A stretch of 64,000 nt of DNA from NCBI RefSeq assembly GCF_003918875.1, contig NW_025765336.1, positions 620,001 through 684,000 on the forward strand, in the 5' to 3' direction. Shown here one piece after another: positions 25,001-39,000 of the stretch. The notes beneath the pieces were generated by a model. The model saw only the letters and a list, made by a program, of their open reading frames with translations, was not told the origin of the DNA and did not search any database. The translations under genes were made by a program, and so were the position numbers. The stretch comes from Haliotis rubra (lineage: Eukaryota). Position 1 is the stretch's first letter; each line of letters starts with the position of its first letter.

Positions 25001-28000
25001 ACCACCATAAGCCACCCTGTCATAATGTCGTCACCACCATAAAGCCACCCTGTCATAATGTCGTCACCACCATAAAGCCACCCTGTCATAATGTTGTCAC
25101 CACCATAATGCCACACTGTCATAATGTCAGCACAACCATATAGCCACCATGTCATAATGTCATCACTACAATGTCACCCTGGCAAAAATATCATTACTCT
25201 AATGTCACCTTTCAATGATGTCATGACTATAGTGGGACTCATAATGTCTTCTGTCTGAAGATCTTAAAAATATTATGACAGCCAAAATTCAGGATTTGTA
25301 ACAGCCTTCTTCTGGAGTGAGAGAGCTAGTTAAAATTTAAAGTCACTTTGGCAATATTTCAGTCATATCATGACTAGATCAAGTTATAGATGACGAATAA
25401 TTTAAAGGTACAAAAAATTGTCATTGAAGGACAGTAAAACAACTAGAATATCACCGAAATACATGTGTTCTACTAGAGGCAGGTTATTTGCAGGAATTGT
25501 CCCATGTCTTAGATTATTCTCAGAAACACCTACCTTTTGGTATCCATGTACCAGCACAATGCCAAGTGGGGTGGGCTTCAGCTTACGGCCAGCGATAATG
25601 TTGACGTAGTTCCTCTCACAAATGTTGTTGATATGGACAGGGATGCTGGCGTCAGTACCGATACCATGTTTCTCCATTAGAGTAATCAGCTCACTCTCTG
25701 TCAGGTAGTCAGGGGGTGAGGTCTGTCGCTCGTTTAGCTTTACCTGTAATCACAAGTACATGTTATCCCAAGTATTCCTTTCACAACAACACCGAGTGAG
25801 GTCTGTTGTAAGAGTGCTCTGCTATGAAATGGGTGTAAAGAGGATCCTGGAAGAGATATTGTCTGGATCAGACAATCCAGTGACTGACATGATGAGCATC
25901 ATTCTGCGCAATTGGGATATGCTGACATGCATCAACCAAGTCAGCAAGCCTGACCACCCGATCCCGATATGACATCAACCAAGTCAGCTAGCCTGACCAC
26001 CCGATCCCGATGATGGCATCAACCAAGCCAGCAAGCCTGACCACCCGATCCCGATATGACATCAACCAAGCCAAGTCAGCCTGGAGCCGATATGACATCA
26101 ACCAAGTCAGCGAGGCCTGACCCCCGATCCCGATATGACATCAACCAAGTCAGCGAGCCTGACCACCCGATCCCGATATGACATCAACCAAGTCAGCGAG
26201 CCTGACCACCCGATCCCGATATGACATCAACCAAGCCAGCGAGCCTGACCACCCGATCCCGATATGACATCAACCAAGCCAGCGAGCCTGACCACCCGAT
26301 CCCGATATGACATCAACCAAGCCAGCGAGCCTGACCACCCGATCCCGATATGACATCAACCAAGTCAGCGAGCCTGACCCCTGACCATCATCCAAGCCAG
26401 CGAGCCTGACCATGACATCACATCAACCAAGCCAGCGAGCCTGACCACCCGATCCCGATATGACATCAACCAAGCCAGCGAGGCCTGACCACCCGATCCT
26501 GATATGACATCAACCAAGTCAGCGAAGCCTGACCACCCGATCGATATGACATCAACCAAGTCAGCGAGCCTGACCACCCGATCGATATGACATCAACCAA
26601 GCCAGCGAAGCCTGACCACCCGATCCGATATGACATCAACCAAGCCAGCGAGCGAGCTGACTGACCACGATCCCGATATGACATCAACCAAGTCAGCAAG
26701 TCTGACCACCCGATCCCGATATGACATCAACCAAGTCAGCGAGCCTGACCACCCGATCCCGATATGACATCAACCAAGCCAGCGAGCCTGACCACCCGAT
26801 CCCGATATGACATCAACCAAGCCAGTCAGAGCCTGACCACCCGATGAACCCCGATATGACATCAACCAAGTCAGCGAGCCTGACCACCCGATCCCGATAT
26901 GACATCAACCAAGCCAGCGAGCCTGACCACCCGATCCCGATATGACATCAACCAAGCCAGCGAGCCTGACCACCAGACCCTGTTTGTCAACTCTTTTGAC
27001 AAGCATGGGTTACTGAAGACCAATTTTAAGCAGGATCTTCATGAGTGAGATTTGAACGAGATTCAAATCCATAAGCCATTTCTGCATATGATTATACCAG
27101 GTCTAAGATCCACAACGACTTAAATTGATTTTTGAGACCATTCTGCCAAATATTACAAAATTTTTATTACTGTTATGCATTTTCAAGGTGTTTATGTTTA
27201 AATCATGAAAACTGAACGACTCACTTCTTTGAAGGAGAGCATTTGATCACGGTGAAACCGTGGCATTTCCTCGTCACTGGTAATGGCCTGCCATGTCATG
27301 ACTTCTGTGAAACCTGGGTCTAGCAACGTTTTGCCAGAGCATGAAAACAACTCAGCACCAATGTCAAAGGATACTGTTGTTTGTAAGTATGTACAGTCGG
27401 GAGACAGCTGGAACAGAAAGTGGAACCTGAGGGAGGTATATCAGTATTTCTGGACACTTGTCGAGACACTAATTATTTTACAGCTGGGGCTTCACTCTAT
27501 TGTTTCAATAGTGGAATATATATATCCTTGTGTATTCGGTTTTCGGTCATGTAAGGATTGTCGACCAACGAAACATAAAGTGCATGAATAAATTGATAAT
27601 AAACAATCCTACCTCGTTTGTTTGTCATTTATTTATGATATTCAAATATCTGATGGATTTACTTCATGTTTCAACCGCACAGCAGGCCTCATAGTTCGCT
27701 ACACAAAGATCGTGAATGCGGAAGTGACGTCATCTGTTTTCGTTCACTTCAATGGTTCTCCGTAAAACAGAAATCTAATAGCAGTATACATGCTATGCTG
27801 ATATTTTTATAATATAAAGTTGATAAACATCCAGTCCAAAACGAATATTTGTAACAGTTCCAATAATAATTATTAGAAACTGTAGTCGTAATAATTTCAT
27901 GTCAAAGTTAATCATGAAAACACTTTGCTAGTTACATCACATGTCCAAGCATGTTTCACTCCTCTGGTTTGCGGTGACGAGGGCACCAAAAGTCATCAGA

Positions 28001-30005
28001 AGATCTCACTACACATACGGAGGTGCACAGCTTGAGGTGGACCCAATGATAGCATGCAGGATGAGTACACTGGGCCCATGACACAAAAATATTCATTGCA
28101 GTTTCGAAAATTAAATATACTTTTTGATATATTTTAACTTCCCAGCTGTAACTCTGATTATGCAGTGTTGGTCTACTTTGATGCTATACTTTAAGATAGA
28201 TAAGGCACTAGTTACTGGACATTTGTTACAAACATGATATTTGCCACACTTAATAGCTCTCATTCAAAAGAGGCTGTCCCCATCTCACAGATAAACATGC
28301 AGTCACAATGGCAGCTTATGAAGAAGAGAGCAGTTCTATAGGTGACCTACACCCTATGTGTCAACTCACAGTTGCAATAAAATGTCTGGTGATGTAGTCG
28401 TACAATCTCCAGGCATCATGCTCCAGCTCTGAGTTTGTGGCCGACCTCATAGGGGTAATTGGGGGATGGTCACCTGCATCCGAANNNNNNNNNNNNNNNN
28501 NNNNNNNNNNNNNNNNNNNNNNNNNNNNNNNNNNNNNNNNNNNNNNNNNNNNNNNNNNNNNNNNNNNNNNNNNNNNNNNNNNNNNNNNNNNNNNNNNNNN
28601 NNNNNNNNNNNNNNNNNNNNNNNNNNNNNNNNNNNNNNNNNNNNNNNNNNNNCAGCAATATCATGGTGGGTGACACCAGAAATAGGCCTCACAAATTGTA
28701 CCCATGTGGGGAATCAAACCCAGGCCTTTAGTGTGAAAAGTGAATGAACCACTGGGCTACCCCAACGGCCCAACAAATCAGAGAGAATAAAAAGGCTATG
28801 ATATATCAACACCACAGCTAAACAGAGACAGTCTTTAAGGCAAGAAGCTCAGATTTGGTGCTACAACTTACATCACTGAAAGTGAATTGAAAATACCAGA
28901 AAGACATTGCTTGTTTCTTTCATCATATTGAAACAATTTTGATCTCCCTTTTAATTGATACTAAAACAATGCATCATGTAGCAAAACTTACTTTGGTCTC
29001 TGGATGCCCTTGCTCAGTAGATCACGGACGAAGCTCCCCCAGTCTGGGTGCGACTGCTGCTGCCTCAAGGTGCCCCTGGAACACAAGCAGTCGTGGAGTC
29101 ACTGAACCAAACCTTCACCATCCTCTTTATCTCCAGGACTAGACTTAGGTTAAACCCACACTAACCCCTGGATCTATTACCGACGTTCTTACACCCTTAA
29201 TTTTCATAAATATTCAACCAACCAATCAAACATTGACATTAGGGAAGGGTAAGGGAGGTAACTCTATAAGCCAAATCCACTCCACTTTGAAAGGACATGA
29301 AAACATCCTTTCCATCAAATAGAATTTTGAACGCTTTCTTTTGCATGTCAGTGTGTTTTCAGTATTGAATTGTTCACCACCTCAATAACATTCAATAGAA
29401 CAGGCTGTTGCTGATACTACCAACCCAAGTTTGTGGCTGGTAAGAGTATGTTACACATTCTGATTGGTACGTTACACCTAGCAGTGTGAATAGGTGAGGT
29501 GAGCTGAAATTGGGTTTTACGTCGTGCTTGAGAATATTTCGCTCATATGATGACGTCAGTGTAAATAGAAATCAAGGGAAATCAATCAATACACATGATT
29601 GCACCTCTCCCTTCACTATCTCATGAACTTGTGACAAACTCCTACTTGAGATCGAAGTTTTCTGGGTAGTGCGTTGTCTCGGTCCTGGGGTAGCTGATGT
29701 AACCCTGGGTGTAGAGACGTTCCGCTATCTGCATCACGTGGTGGGGGCCCATACCTAGCAGCAAGTAGATTACAAGAAATAAATCAAGGCATGGCATAAC
29801 CATGGTTACATATTTCAGTAATATGCTGAAGGAAAATCTTTGTGATCTTTGTGACCTTTACTGTTTGGCAGTGTAGTAGTACCCATGCATAGTCCCAGCA
29901 TATATACTGCAATGAGTTTGTTACTATGTACTGTTTGCATAGGAGGATCCAGAAACTTTCAAAGTGCGTGTGTGTGTGTGCGCGCGGGGTTTTCAGGGGG
30001 TTTCA

Positions 30006-30044
<39 letters not shown>

Positions 30045-33000
30045 AGTCTGGATCTCCCACTGGTTTGTAACGTAAACATCAAAATCAATGCACAACCCAC
30101 CGATATGTCATATGTGACCTATTGATATGATGATTCGAAGTCAAATTCATGCTATATCAAAAATATCATTAAACCTGATTGAACATTTAAACTGAGTGAA
30201 CTTCAGGAATATTCTTGGATGGTCCATGTATTTCCAAACGCATAGTTGTGTTGCCAAAACAAAGCCCTCGTCCAAGACACTACACAGGAGTCCTGTTTCT
30301 GGTTTGTTTGGTTTGTTGTTTAACGACGCACTCAGCAATATTTCAGCTATATGAAGCTGGTAAATAATCAAGTCTGAATCAGACAATCCAGTGATCTGAA
30401 CAGCATGAGTATTGATCTATGCATATGATGACATGTTTCAACAAAGTCAGTGGGCCTGACCACGAGATTCTGTTAGTCGCCTCTTACAACAAGCATTGGT
30501 TACTGAAGATCAATTCTATCTCGAATCTTGACAGGTCTCCTACTTCTGGAAAGAAACAATATAATTTCAAAGGCAAACCCCAAAGGCAGAATAGTGAAAT
30601 GTTTCTTACCGAGCCCTGAACTTCCCACTCTGAGCATCTCGACTGTATTGAGGGCAATGGGACGGGCCTTGCTCTTCTCCTTGGTGACAACACCCAGCAC
30701 CCTGAATACACACAGGGGAGATAACTCAATACACAAAGGGAGATAACTCAACATCAATACAAGAAAGAAAACATCTTTTACTGCAGAAAAGTGCTAATTA
30801 TTGTCACTGTAATCTAAACGACAAAATGGTTGTTATAATTTTGGTAATTTGACTTTAGGATGCACTGTCTACCTTGCTCCATCACTAGACTTGATCATGT
30901 TGACAAACATCTGTGCCACTTCCTTGTCAAATATCCTGACTCTGTCCCACTCCAGCTTCAGCTCCTTCCCATCGGGATGTGTGACCTACAGAAACAGTCA
31001 ACTCAGCTAGGATAACAAGAGTGGAAGCTACCATGTTACTTGGTGAATAATAACTATAACATTTACATTACGACTGAGTGGGTAAGTGAGTTGAGTTTTA
31101 CACCGCACTCAGCAATATTCCAGCTAAATGGCGGCGGTCTGTAAATAATTGAGTCTGGACCGGACAATCCAGTAATCAACAGCATGAGCATCGATCTGCG
31201 CAATTCGGAACTGATGACATGTGTCAACCAAGTCAGCGAGCCTGACACCGATCCCGTTAGTCGCCTCTTACGACAAGCATGGGTTACTGAAGATCAATAT
31301 TCTAACCCTGACCTTCACGGGTAACATTACAATTGACAAAGCAACTTGGAATAAGTACTATGACAAACAATTAAGGTTGGAATAAATAGAATTCCAGCTA
31401 CATGATATCAGTCTGTAAATAATCAAGTCTGGACCAACCAAGCCAGTGATTGACCTCATGAGCATCAATCAACAAGTTGATTTTGAAATTGATACCATGG
31501 TTACAGGACTGGAAGATTAACACGCTTATTGAGCTGAAGTATCATTTCCAATGATAACACTTTCAAAGTGGTACTTGTGCATGTTATAGGTCAATAAGAT
31601 TGTTAGAGTATCTGCCAAATATTAACGCAGTAAGCATGACCAAGCTTGATATCTTGTATTTATTAGTGTTGGGAATTGGTTGAAATCTCACAATTGATGA
31701 TTGCTTCATTACCAACAAACAATCAGCGAAAAAAATTGGTTAGCGTCATTTTTCAGATTTTCCTATCCAGGTTGTTATTGCAGATATGTATAACATGATG
31801 CAACTTGCTAATTTAAAGTGATGACATATATATCATGAACATAAACTTCCTGGAGTCTTCAAGAAATATTCAGTCATTCAGTTTTCTATGAATTAAACAC
31901 GTTTTCAGGCACTGACAACTTCAACGATATGTTCCATTGTCAAGTATTTCAAAGACTAAAAAAGTAGTTCAAAAATCGTTTATGTTCGATTATGAGAAAA
32001 TGTGATAAACTGCTTAGTCGTTTGGTCACTGAGACCAATCTTTGATTATTTAAATTAATCGGAACACCACTAGTATCTATACCTGTACATCGATCACCCA
32101 GTAGGCCTCAGGCTTGAAGGAAAGAATCTTGTCATGTCTTTCCACACAGAAGCCTAGTGTCGGGGTCTGACATGGACCATAAGATATCAGGGTGCTGTCC
32201 AGATCTCCATACTTTCCCTAGCAATATAATAACATGCATGTCATATCATGTTTGGCATGAAATATATTACGGCGGTCTGTGTTCTTTGGCAATATTAGAG
32301 ATCTTGTCTGCTTATATCTAGTGGTGGAAATCACTTTGGATTTGATCATCAGTTTCTAAAAATATTTTGTACCATCAACCATTTCATCATCAATACATAT
32401 AAGTCTTAAATATTGTGTGTAATTTCTATACATTCATCTGTAATTTTTGTTTGGTCAAGATTTTAAATGTAGATGTAGATATCTGTGATAACATTTACCC
32501 TTTTACTGACTCTTGAAAAATATGTGATAAATATATGTAACAAATTTTTAATGCTTATAGACTGACAGAACATGATCAGTTTTCCAAATCCAAGATGCCA
32601 TTTCAGGGGATTTACAGATGAAAACTAGACAAATACAGACGTATTGGAAATAACAGCTGTATCAAATGTTCATGTGAGTTTGGCACAAAAATCTGAAGTG
32701 CAATATCATACCAGTACTTGTCATTACTAAGAAAGAGCAGTATGGTATTTACTGACTTGCAAACCTATGCCCAGTACTCATTGTTTCTGATAATGACCAG
32801 TATTGATCTCCAAGCATAATCTGGAGCATTGATGATAGATATGTGTTGTTTGATGTTACAGGAGAATGAAACATCAAAGTTCTATCATTTCTCTTAAACA
32901 TTTCCCAAAGAAGTTGCATCATAATTTTCTAAACGATTGATTTAACATGTCATTTCAAACATGGCCTATCAGAGCCTACACCTGTGATTGTGCCTTACCT

Positions 33001-36000
33001 CAGAAAAACATCAGAATCTCTTATTTTCCCAACATTATATAAAGATAGGAATAAATTATTTATAACATTTATGGCTGTTGAATATATCATGTTGATAAAG
33101 CTGTGTTGTGAAATTTCTACGTCCTAGTAATGAAATATTTCTTAAGTAGATCTGTGTATATTGTTCGCAAGTACGTATAATGTTCTGGTGACATTCAATG
33201 GTATGGTATTGTATATATTCATGAATTATATTAATCATATTAAAACACATGACAGAATGACAAAAATAGCTATGATCTATTATGAATATTATCGTTACCT
33301 GGAAGAACTTGGTTTGGAACCTGGTGAAGGCACATCCTATCCTCAGATCTAACTCCTGGCGGGCATCCACTGACAGGGCCTCGTTCTTGTTGGGCTCGCC
33401 CAGGTTTTGCATGGCTCTCTTGATATCAGTATCTGTGATTGCACTGAATTTGGCTCGGAAGATTTGCTGAAAAGGATGGCGGAGATTCAAATAAGCTGTC
33501 TATATGAATAACTTTACAACATAACCCTACAGCAACATATGTTATATTTGGGATTACACTTTCTCAGTAAAGTACACATTCTAGTCCTTTTTTGGTTGAG
33601 TCCCATCTGGGATTCGAACCCACACCCTCAGAGTCAGGCACCTAATCGCCAGCATACAAAGTCTGCCGCCTAGACCGCTCAGCTATGGCGGCTTCCACTT
33701 GTGTATTTCATAACCCTTAAGCGATTAGTTTGGAGTTGCTTGTATGTAAGTATGCATCAGGGGTGGAAAGAACTTTAAAATTGCTAGTGTACTCCGGTAC
33801 AGTGGCACATGTAAAATCACTTGCCCTGATAATTTTTCCAATGTATCGGCAGTTTTCTTGTTGGTTTTTTAAATAAACCACATAATAAATATTGGAAGTC
33901 AACTGGACACGGGTACATTGTGATATACAAATTTGCTTGCCCGGCAGAAAAAAACACTGGACTTCGGGCATCGGGCAATGGGTTATTTCCACCCCTGATG
34001 CATACATAATTTCATAATTACAATTGTATAACAACAGAAACAACATACCATTTTAACTTGTGTACCTGCATTTCTTTACAGATCTTTACTCACTATGCTA
34101 AATGGGGGATCTAGATCTGATCTCATGTGTAACTGGTGAACTGCAGACATTTCCATGCGATCAACTCACAGGCCCTGTATGCTGTGTGACTGAACAACAA
34201 CTGAAACGCCCTGTGTGATTAACTCACCTGCGCATGTGTCCTGTTCATCATGGGCTCCACACAGTCTATAACCTCAAAACAGATGTTCTCGCCTTCCTTG
34301 TCACAATCCAGCCAAAGAACAAGATAATCAGCTCCCTGGCCCTGAAGCAACATTAAAATGTATCATCTTCATACCCAGAACCAGAGGCCCAGATAAGCTG
34401 CGTATCCGGGTAAAATATGCATAGAAAATTTCCAATTACCCATTGAAAAAATAATTGTTGCGTACCAATTACGCATTTAAAATGTTAGATACGCAAAAAA
34501 GTTTAAAACAAATGCGTACAGAATATATTTATAAAAATTGCTTGCGTAATGAAAAAGACATCGATTGCTATCAAGTTGTGCTGTTAGTATAGGACAAGTG
34601 TTGTACTGTCAGTATAGGATGAGTGATTTTTTATGAAATCATTTCCAGTATATTAAAGTTGGCTTTGATTAGGTATGACATAAGGCAGAACATACCTGCT
34701 TAGTAAACTTACTCAATGACATAATACTTAGGTGAGTAAAGTGACTGAAATATGCACATATTTGAAAGCAGTGGGTAACGGAAAATGAAATACCCACTCA
34801 ATATTCATAATACCCACTCCAAAAAAATACAGTGGGTACAGAACACACATGAGCTAAATCCTATCTGGAGCTCTGCAGAACTATTCAAACATAATTCAGA
34901 TCTTAGTGCTCACTACTGATGTACTACTATTAGATGAGCCACGATCTGACAAATGACCCCAATTTGCATATATGGGAACGCCCTCCAGAACATTCGATTT
35001 GAAAAATGAGGGAAGCAGGTTGTCGTCTAAAACTTGAAATGTTCAATTTCCTCGTGTGAATCGTGTTTTGATTTTTATATCATACTAAGTATGTGTACAG
35101 CTAAGATCCTTAGAAACTGAACCAAGACAAATATAACTTTATTTACAAAACACTCCACAGAGGTGCTAGAGAAAAGAACACTTGTTATGTTTACAAACGG
35201 ATGTATACTTGACATATATTCTGGTGCATCCTCTCCACACCAGGGTCAAATACCGAATAGATCCATTATGGAATTTACTGATTTAGGCGTACTTCGGGCC
35301 GTAGTCGTCCCTTTCTGAATCGGTCTCTGTGTCTGAATCACTTGCCAGTCCTACTTCGATCACGATTCTGTCAATTTCTTTTTCTACTGCAATTTCCCGT
35401 TACCAGTAGCCATCTTCGATGGTTTTAACATGTTTACAACATTCGGACAATTCCTTGGCACCGATTGCAGACATTCACTCATTTATGGCAACTCTAAGCG
35501 AAGTTTTTTGTGAACTGCAAGTTTTGTTTAGCAACATAATTTTTGACATTGGCCCAAATCAACTCAATTGGGTTCAATTCTGCGTGGTAAGGAGGAAGAC
35601 ATAGTACATCAGGGCCATGTTGTTTCAACATAGTGTCTACATTATAGACAGGGCCCGATTTGTTGGATTTTGCCAGACACAACAGTTCGGCTTTGAGCAT
35701 TTTATCGTCAAATGCAATATTGTGCCTTTGTAACCAAGCTTTGTTTGATATCATCTTTTCTGTTAGCCATTGTTGGACATTTGTCCACTTGCTTGCTGTG
35801 GTATGGCTCATTATCCATAACAATGACGGAGTGGGGTGGAATGTGTGGGATCAATTTTTCCTGCAGCCATTTTGAAAATTATCCAAATTCATCTCGTCAT
35901 GATATTGTGCTGATTTGAGCTCTGACTGAGTCAAATACAAGTAATGCATTTGGTACAAAACCGTTTTCGAACCCTGCATGAACAACAATAAGCCATGGTC

Positions 36001-39000
36001 CGGTAGCGGACGGAAGCTGATCCCCATTTATCACAACCTCACCATCAAACTGCCAACATTTTGGGACAATGTGGTGTACATGCAACCTTGTTTCATTGAT
36101 AAAGATGATTGTTCGATTTTCATCTCGACATTTTTTATTGCATGCGCTTTGAAACGATGTCTTTTCGTTCCATTAAAACCTTACGATTTGACTGCGTTTA
36201 TCGCCACCTAAACCCCATGTCTTTCAGATTTTATCGAAAACTGTTCTTTGAACCCTGGTAATGCAATTGGCTTCTTGCCATATCATATATCATATCTAGA
36301 GTAGGCAGTTGCTTTTGTATTCCATGTAAACATTATACAAATTGATGGACTGTACACCGGTCAAAATCATCAAGTTTGTGCTTGGAAGTTTTGGGTTTGC
36401 ACAACTTGGTTGGACTAATAAAAGTAGGCCTACTCGCACCCATATCACCTTCCGCTTTAATACTTTTAAAGGTAGCCTTGGAAAGACCAGTAGCAAGGCT
36501 ACATAGCATCTACTTTGATTGCATACGTAATTTCCATATAAATAGTATCATTGTACTAATTTGTAGGCTAACTCCCTTGCCTGAGAATGAACAATTTGCC
36601 CATGCAAATTTGACATGTTAAAATAATTAAAATCTGCAAACATTAAAAAATTGACTCGTGTCGAGATGGTGTCTTGCTGAACTAAATAGCTCTCCGAGAC
36701 ACATTAAACAGAAGCGGTATTGAGTTCATGCCACGGTCAGCAAGTATTGCACGGGCTTAATCGCCAATCTATCTGTAGCAACCAAGTGTATTCGTCTAGA
36801 CTCCTTGCACCGTCTACTTTTCACAAACACGTGTACTACGCGAGGCTCATCTAATACGAGTCAAGCAGTACTGCTAAATACATATTTGAAGACATACCAG
36901 AACACCCGTGAAGATCCAGGTTAGTATTGTTCTTCAGCAACCCATGCTTGTCATAAGAGGCGACTAACGGGATCGGGTGATCAGGCTTGCTGACTTGGTT
37001 GACACATGTCATTGTATCCCAACTGTCTGGTCCAGACTAGATTATTTATTTTTACAGACCGCCGCCATATAGCAGGAATATTGCTGAGTGCGATCACAAT
37101 GATCAAACCAAAACTAAACCAAGACATTCCAATACAGCTTATGTCAGATGACCTTTACTCAACTATCATCAACCAATGAAACAACCAACAAGGTGACATT
37201 GGCCAATCACAGAGCACTAATTTCAACAGGTTTAGTTTCAACCAAGAACTCACTGAATAATATTGATTCAAAATTTGAAAAATTACACAACAGAAAATTA
37301 CTGAATGCTCAAGATGCCAGTACATTCCAAATTTCACTTTCCCAATCTGATAAGTAACTTTCAGATTACAGTGTTTCTGCTGACTTAATTATTTATCGGA
37401 CACTGTGTCAGACGACCTAAAATTTTACCGGTCTTGAATGAAATTTGCCGGTCGTATCCTATTGCCATACTGTAAGTACTCATTTTAAAGTTATTTTTAG
37501 CCTGGGTATTTCCGAAACATAAGAATATTTGCGACCATGAAAGCACAGCCAAGACTGTCATTTCGCTTACCCATGATTTTTTTATTTTAATACTTGATTA
37601 TTTACCGGACACAGTGTCCGGCTGGGTTTCAATTTACCGGTCCCCAACAAATTTTACTGGTGATTTTCAGGTATATACGGAGAACGGAAAGATTGGATTA
37701 GAATGATGGGTCGTTCTGACATGACAGATAATGGGATGTCTTCAGATTTGAGGGTAGCTGTAGCAAGAAGTAAGGTCTAATTTTAATTGAGATGTACTCA
37801 CACTCAGACCACACATAGTGGTGTCACAAACCCTTTTCAATGGTGATACAATGGAGGCACCACTGTTGGTATAGACATTATGATGTGACAGATAAATGTC
37901 ACTTCACAGTCTTCCATTGTTGACACCATTCTGATTCTACACATTCTAGGTTTATCTTCTCAAAATTACTGGGCATAAATTATGATAAAGTAACTGTTGC
38001 GCGGTGGAATTGAAAACTAAACTAACTAAAATTAAAGTATCGAAATATGCTATTTGGGGAACTAAACATGACTCTCTTGATTAAACTGATGAAATAATTC
38101 AAACAAAACAAATGGGGAACTAAACGTGAATCTCTTATAACAAATGCTAATGAGGCAAGAAACTTAATGTGATACCTTAAATTCTATTATCTACACTATC
38201 TAGCTCTATTGCAGCGGAAGTCTACTATCTACAGTATCTAGCTCTATGGAACTTCTATTTCGATGCACTAATACATTCTTTATATCAGTCTATCTAAATC
38301 CTATTTTGACGAGCTGTCACCCAACTCAAGAAACAACCGAACTCAAGGGAAACCTGAAGTCAACTGACGTCTAAACTCAATGACGTCTTAACCCAAGCAT
38401 AACCTGTACACAACTGACCGATTCGACCGTTTCCCACGTGGTCAAGAGCACGTGGTCTGACCGCACGTGAAAAGTCATGCTTCTCGGTGAGCCGCGAAGC
38501 ATGGTGCGTTTATACGCCATCTGTTCCAACTGTTTTGTCTTCAGACCAGTAACCTTATCTGTCTGAGCACAATACAGTTATACATAATGGATCTTATTCA
38601 GCGGAGAACTAAGTGAGTTAGGCTATAAGCTTCTTTAAGCAGTCATAGTAATGATGGCAAGTTACCTCCTTTCTCAGAAAAGCAGGCATGTGTAGGTTTG
38701 GTGTTGCCTCCTTCTTCTGGATGGGTGCTTGAAACAGTTCAACCTGAGAAATGAAACATGTGCAATACAGACTGTATGTATGGCTCTTATACTTTAAGAT
38801 AGTGCAGAGTCCTCATGGAATAGATTTATAAAGAGAAAACAACCAAACTTTAGAAATGAAATCTAATCTTACTGAGAACTTAACCAGATGCTAAATATTG
38901 TCTGCTACAGATGTAAAAAAGCAACCCAGAATTGATGAAAACAACTTGCTCTGCGATTCCAATGGGAAGCATAAAACAATTTTTGAATAAGTAAAACTAA

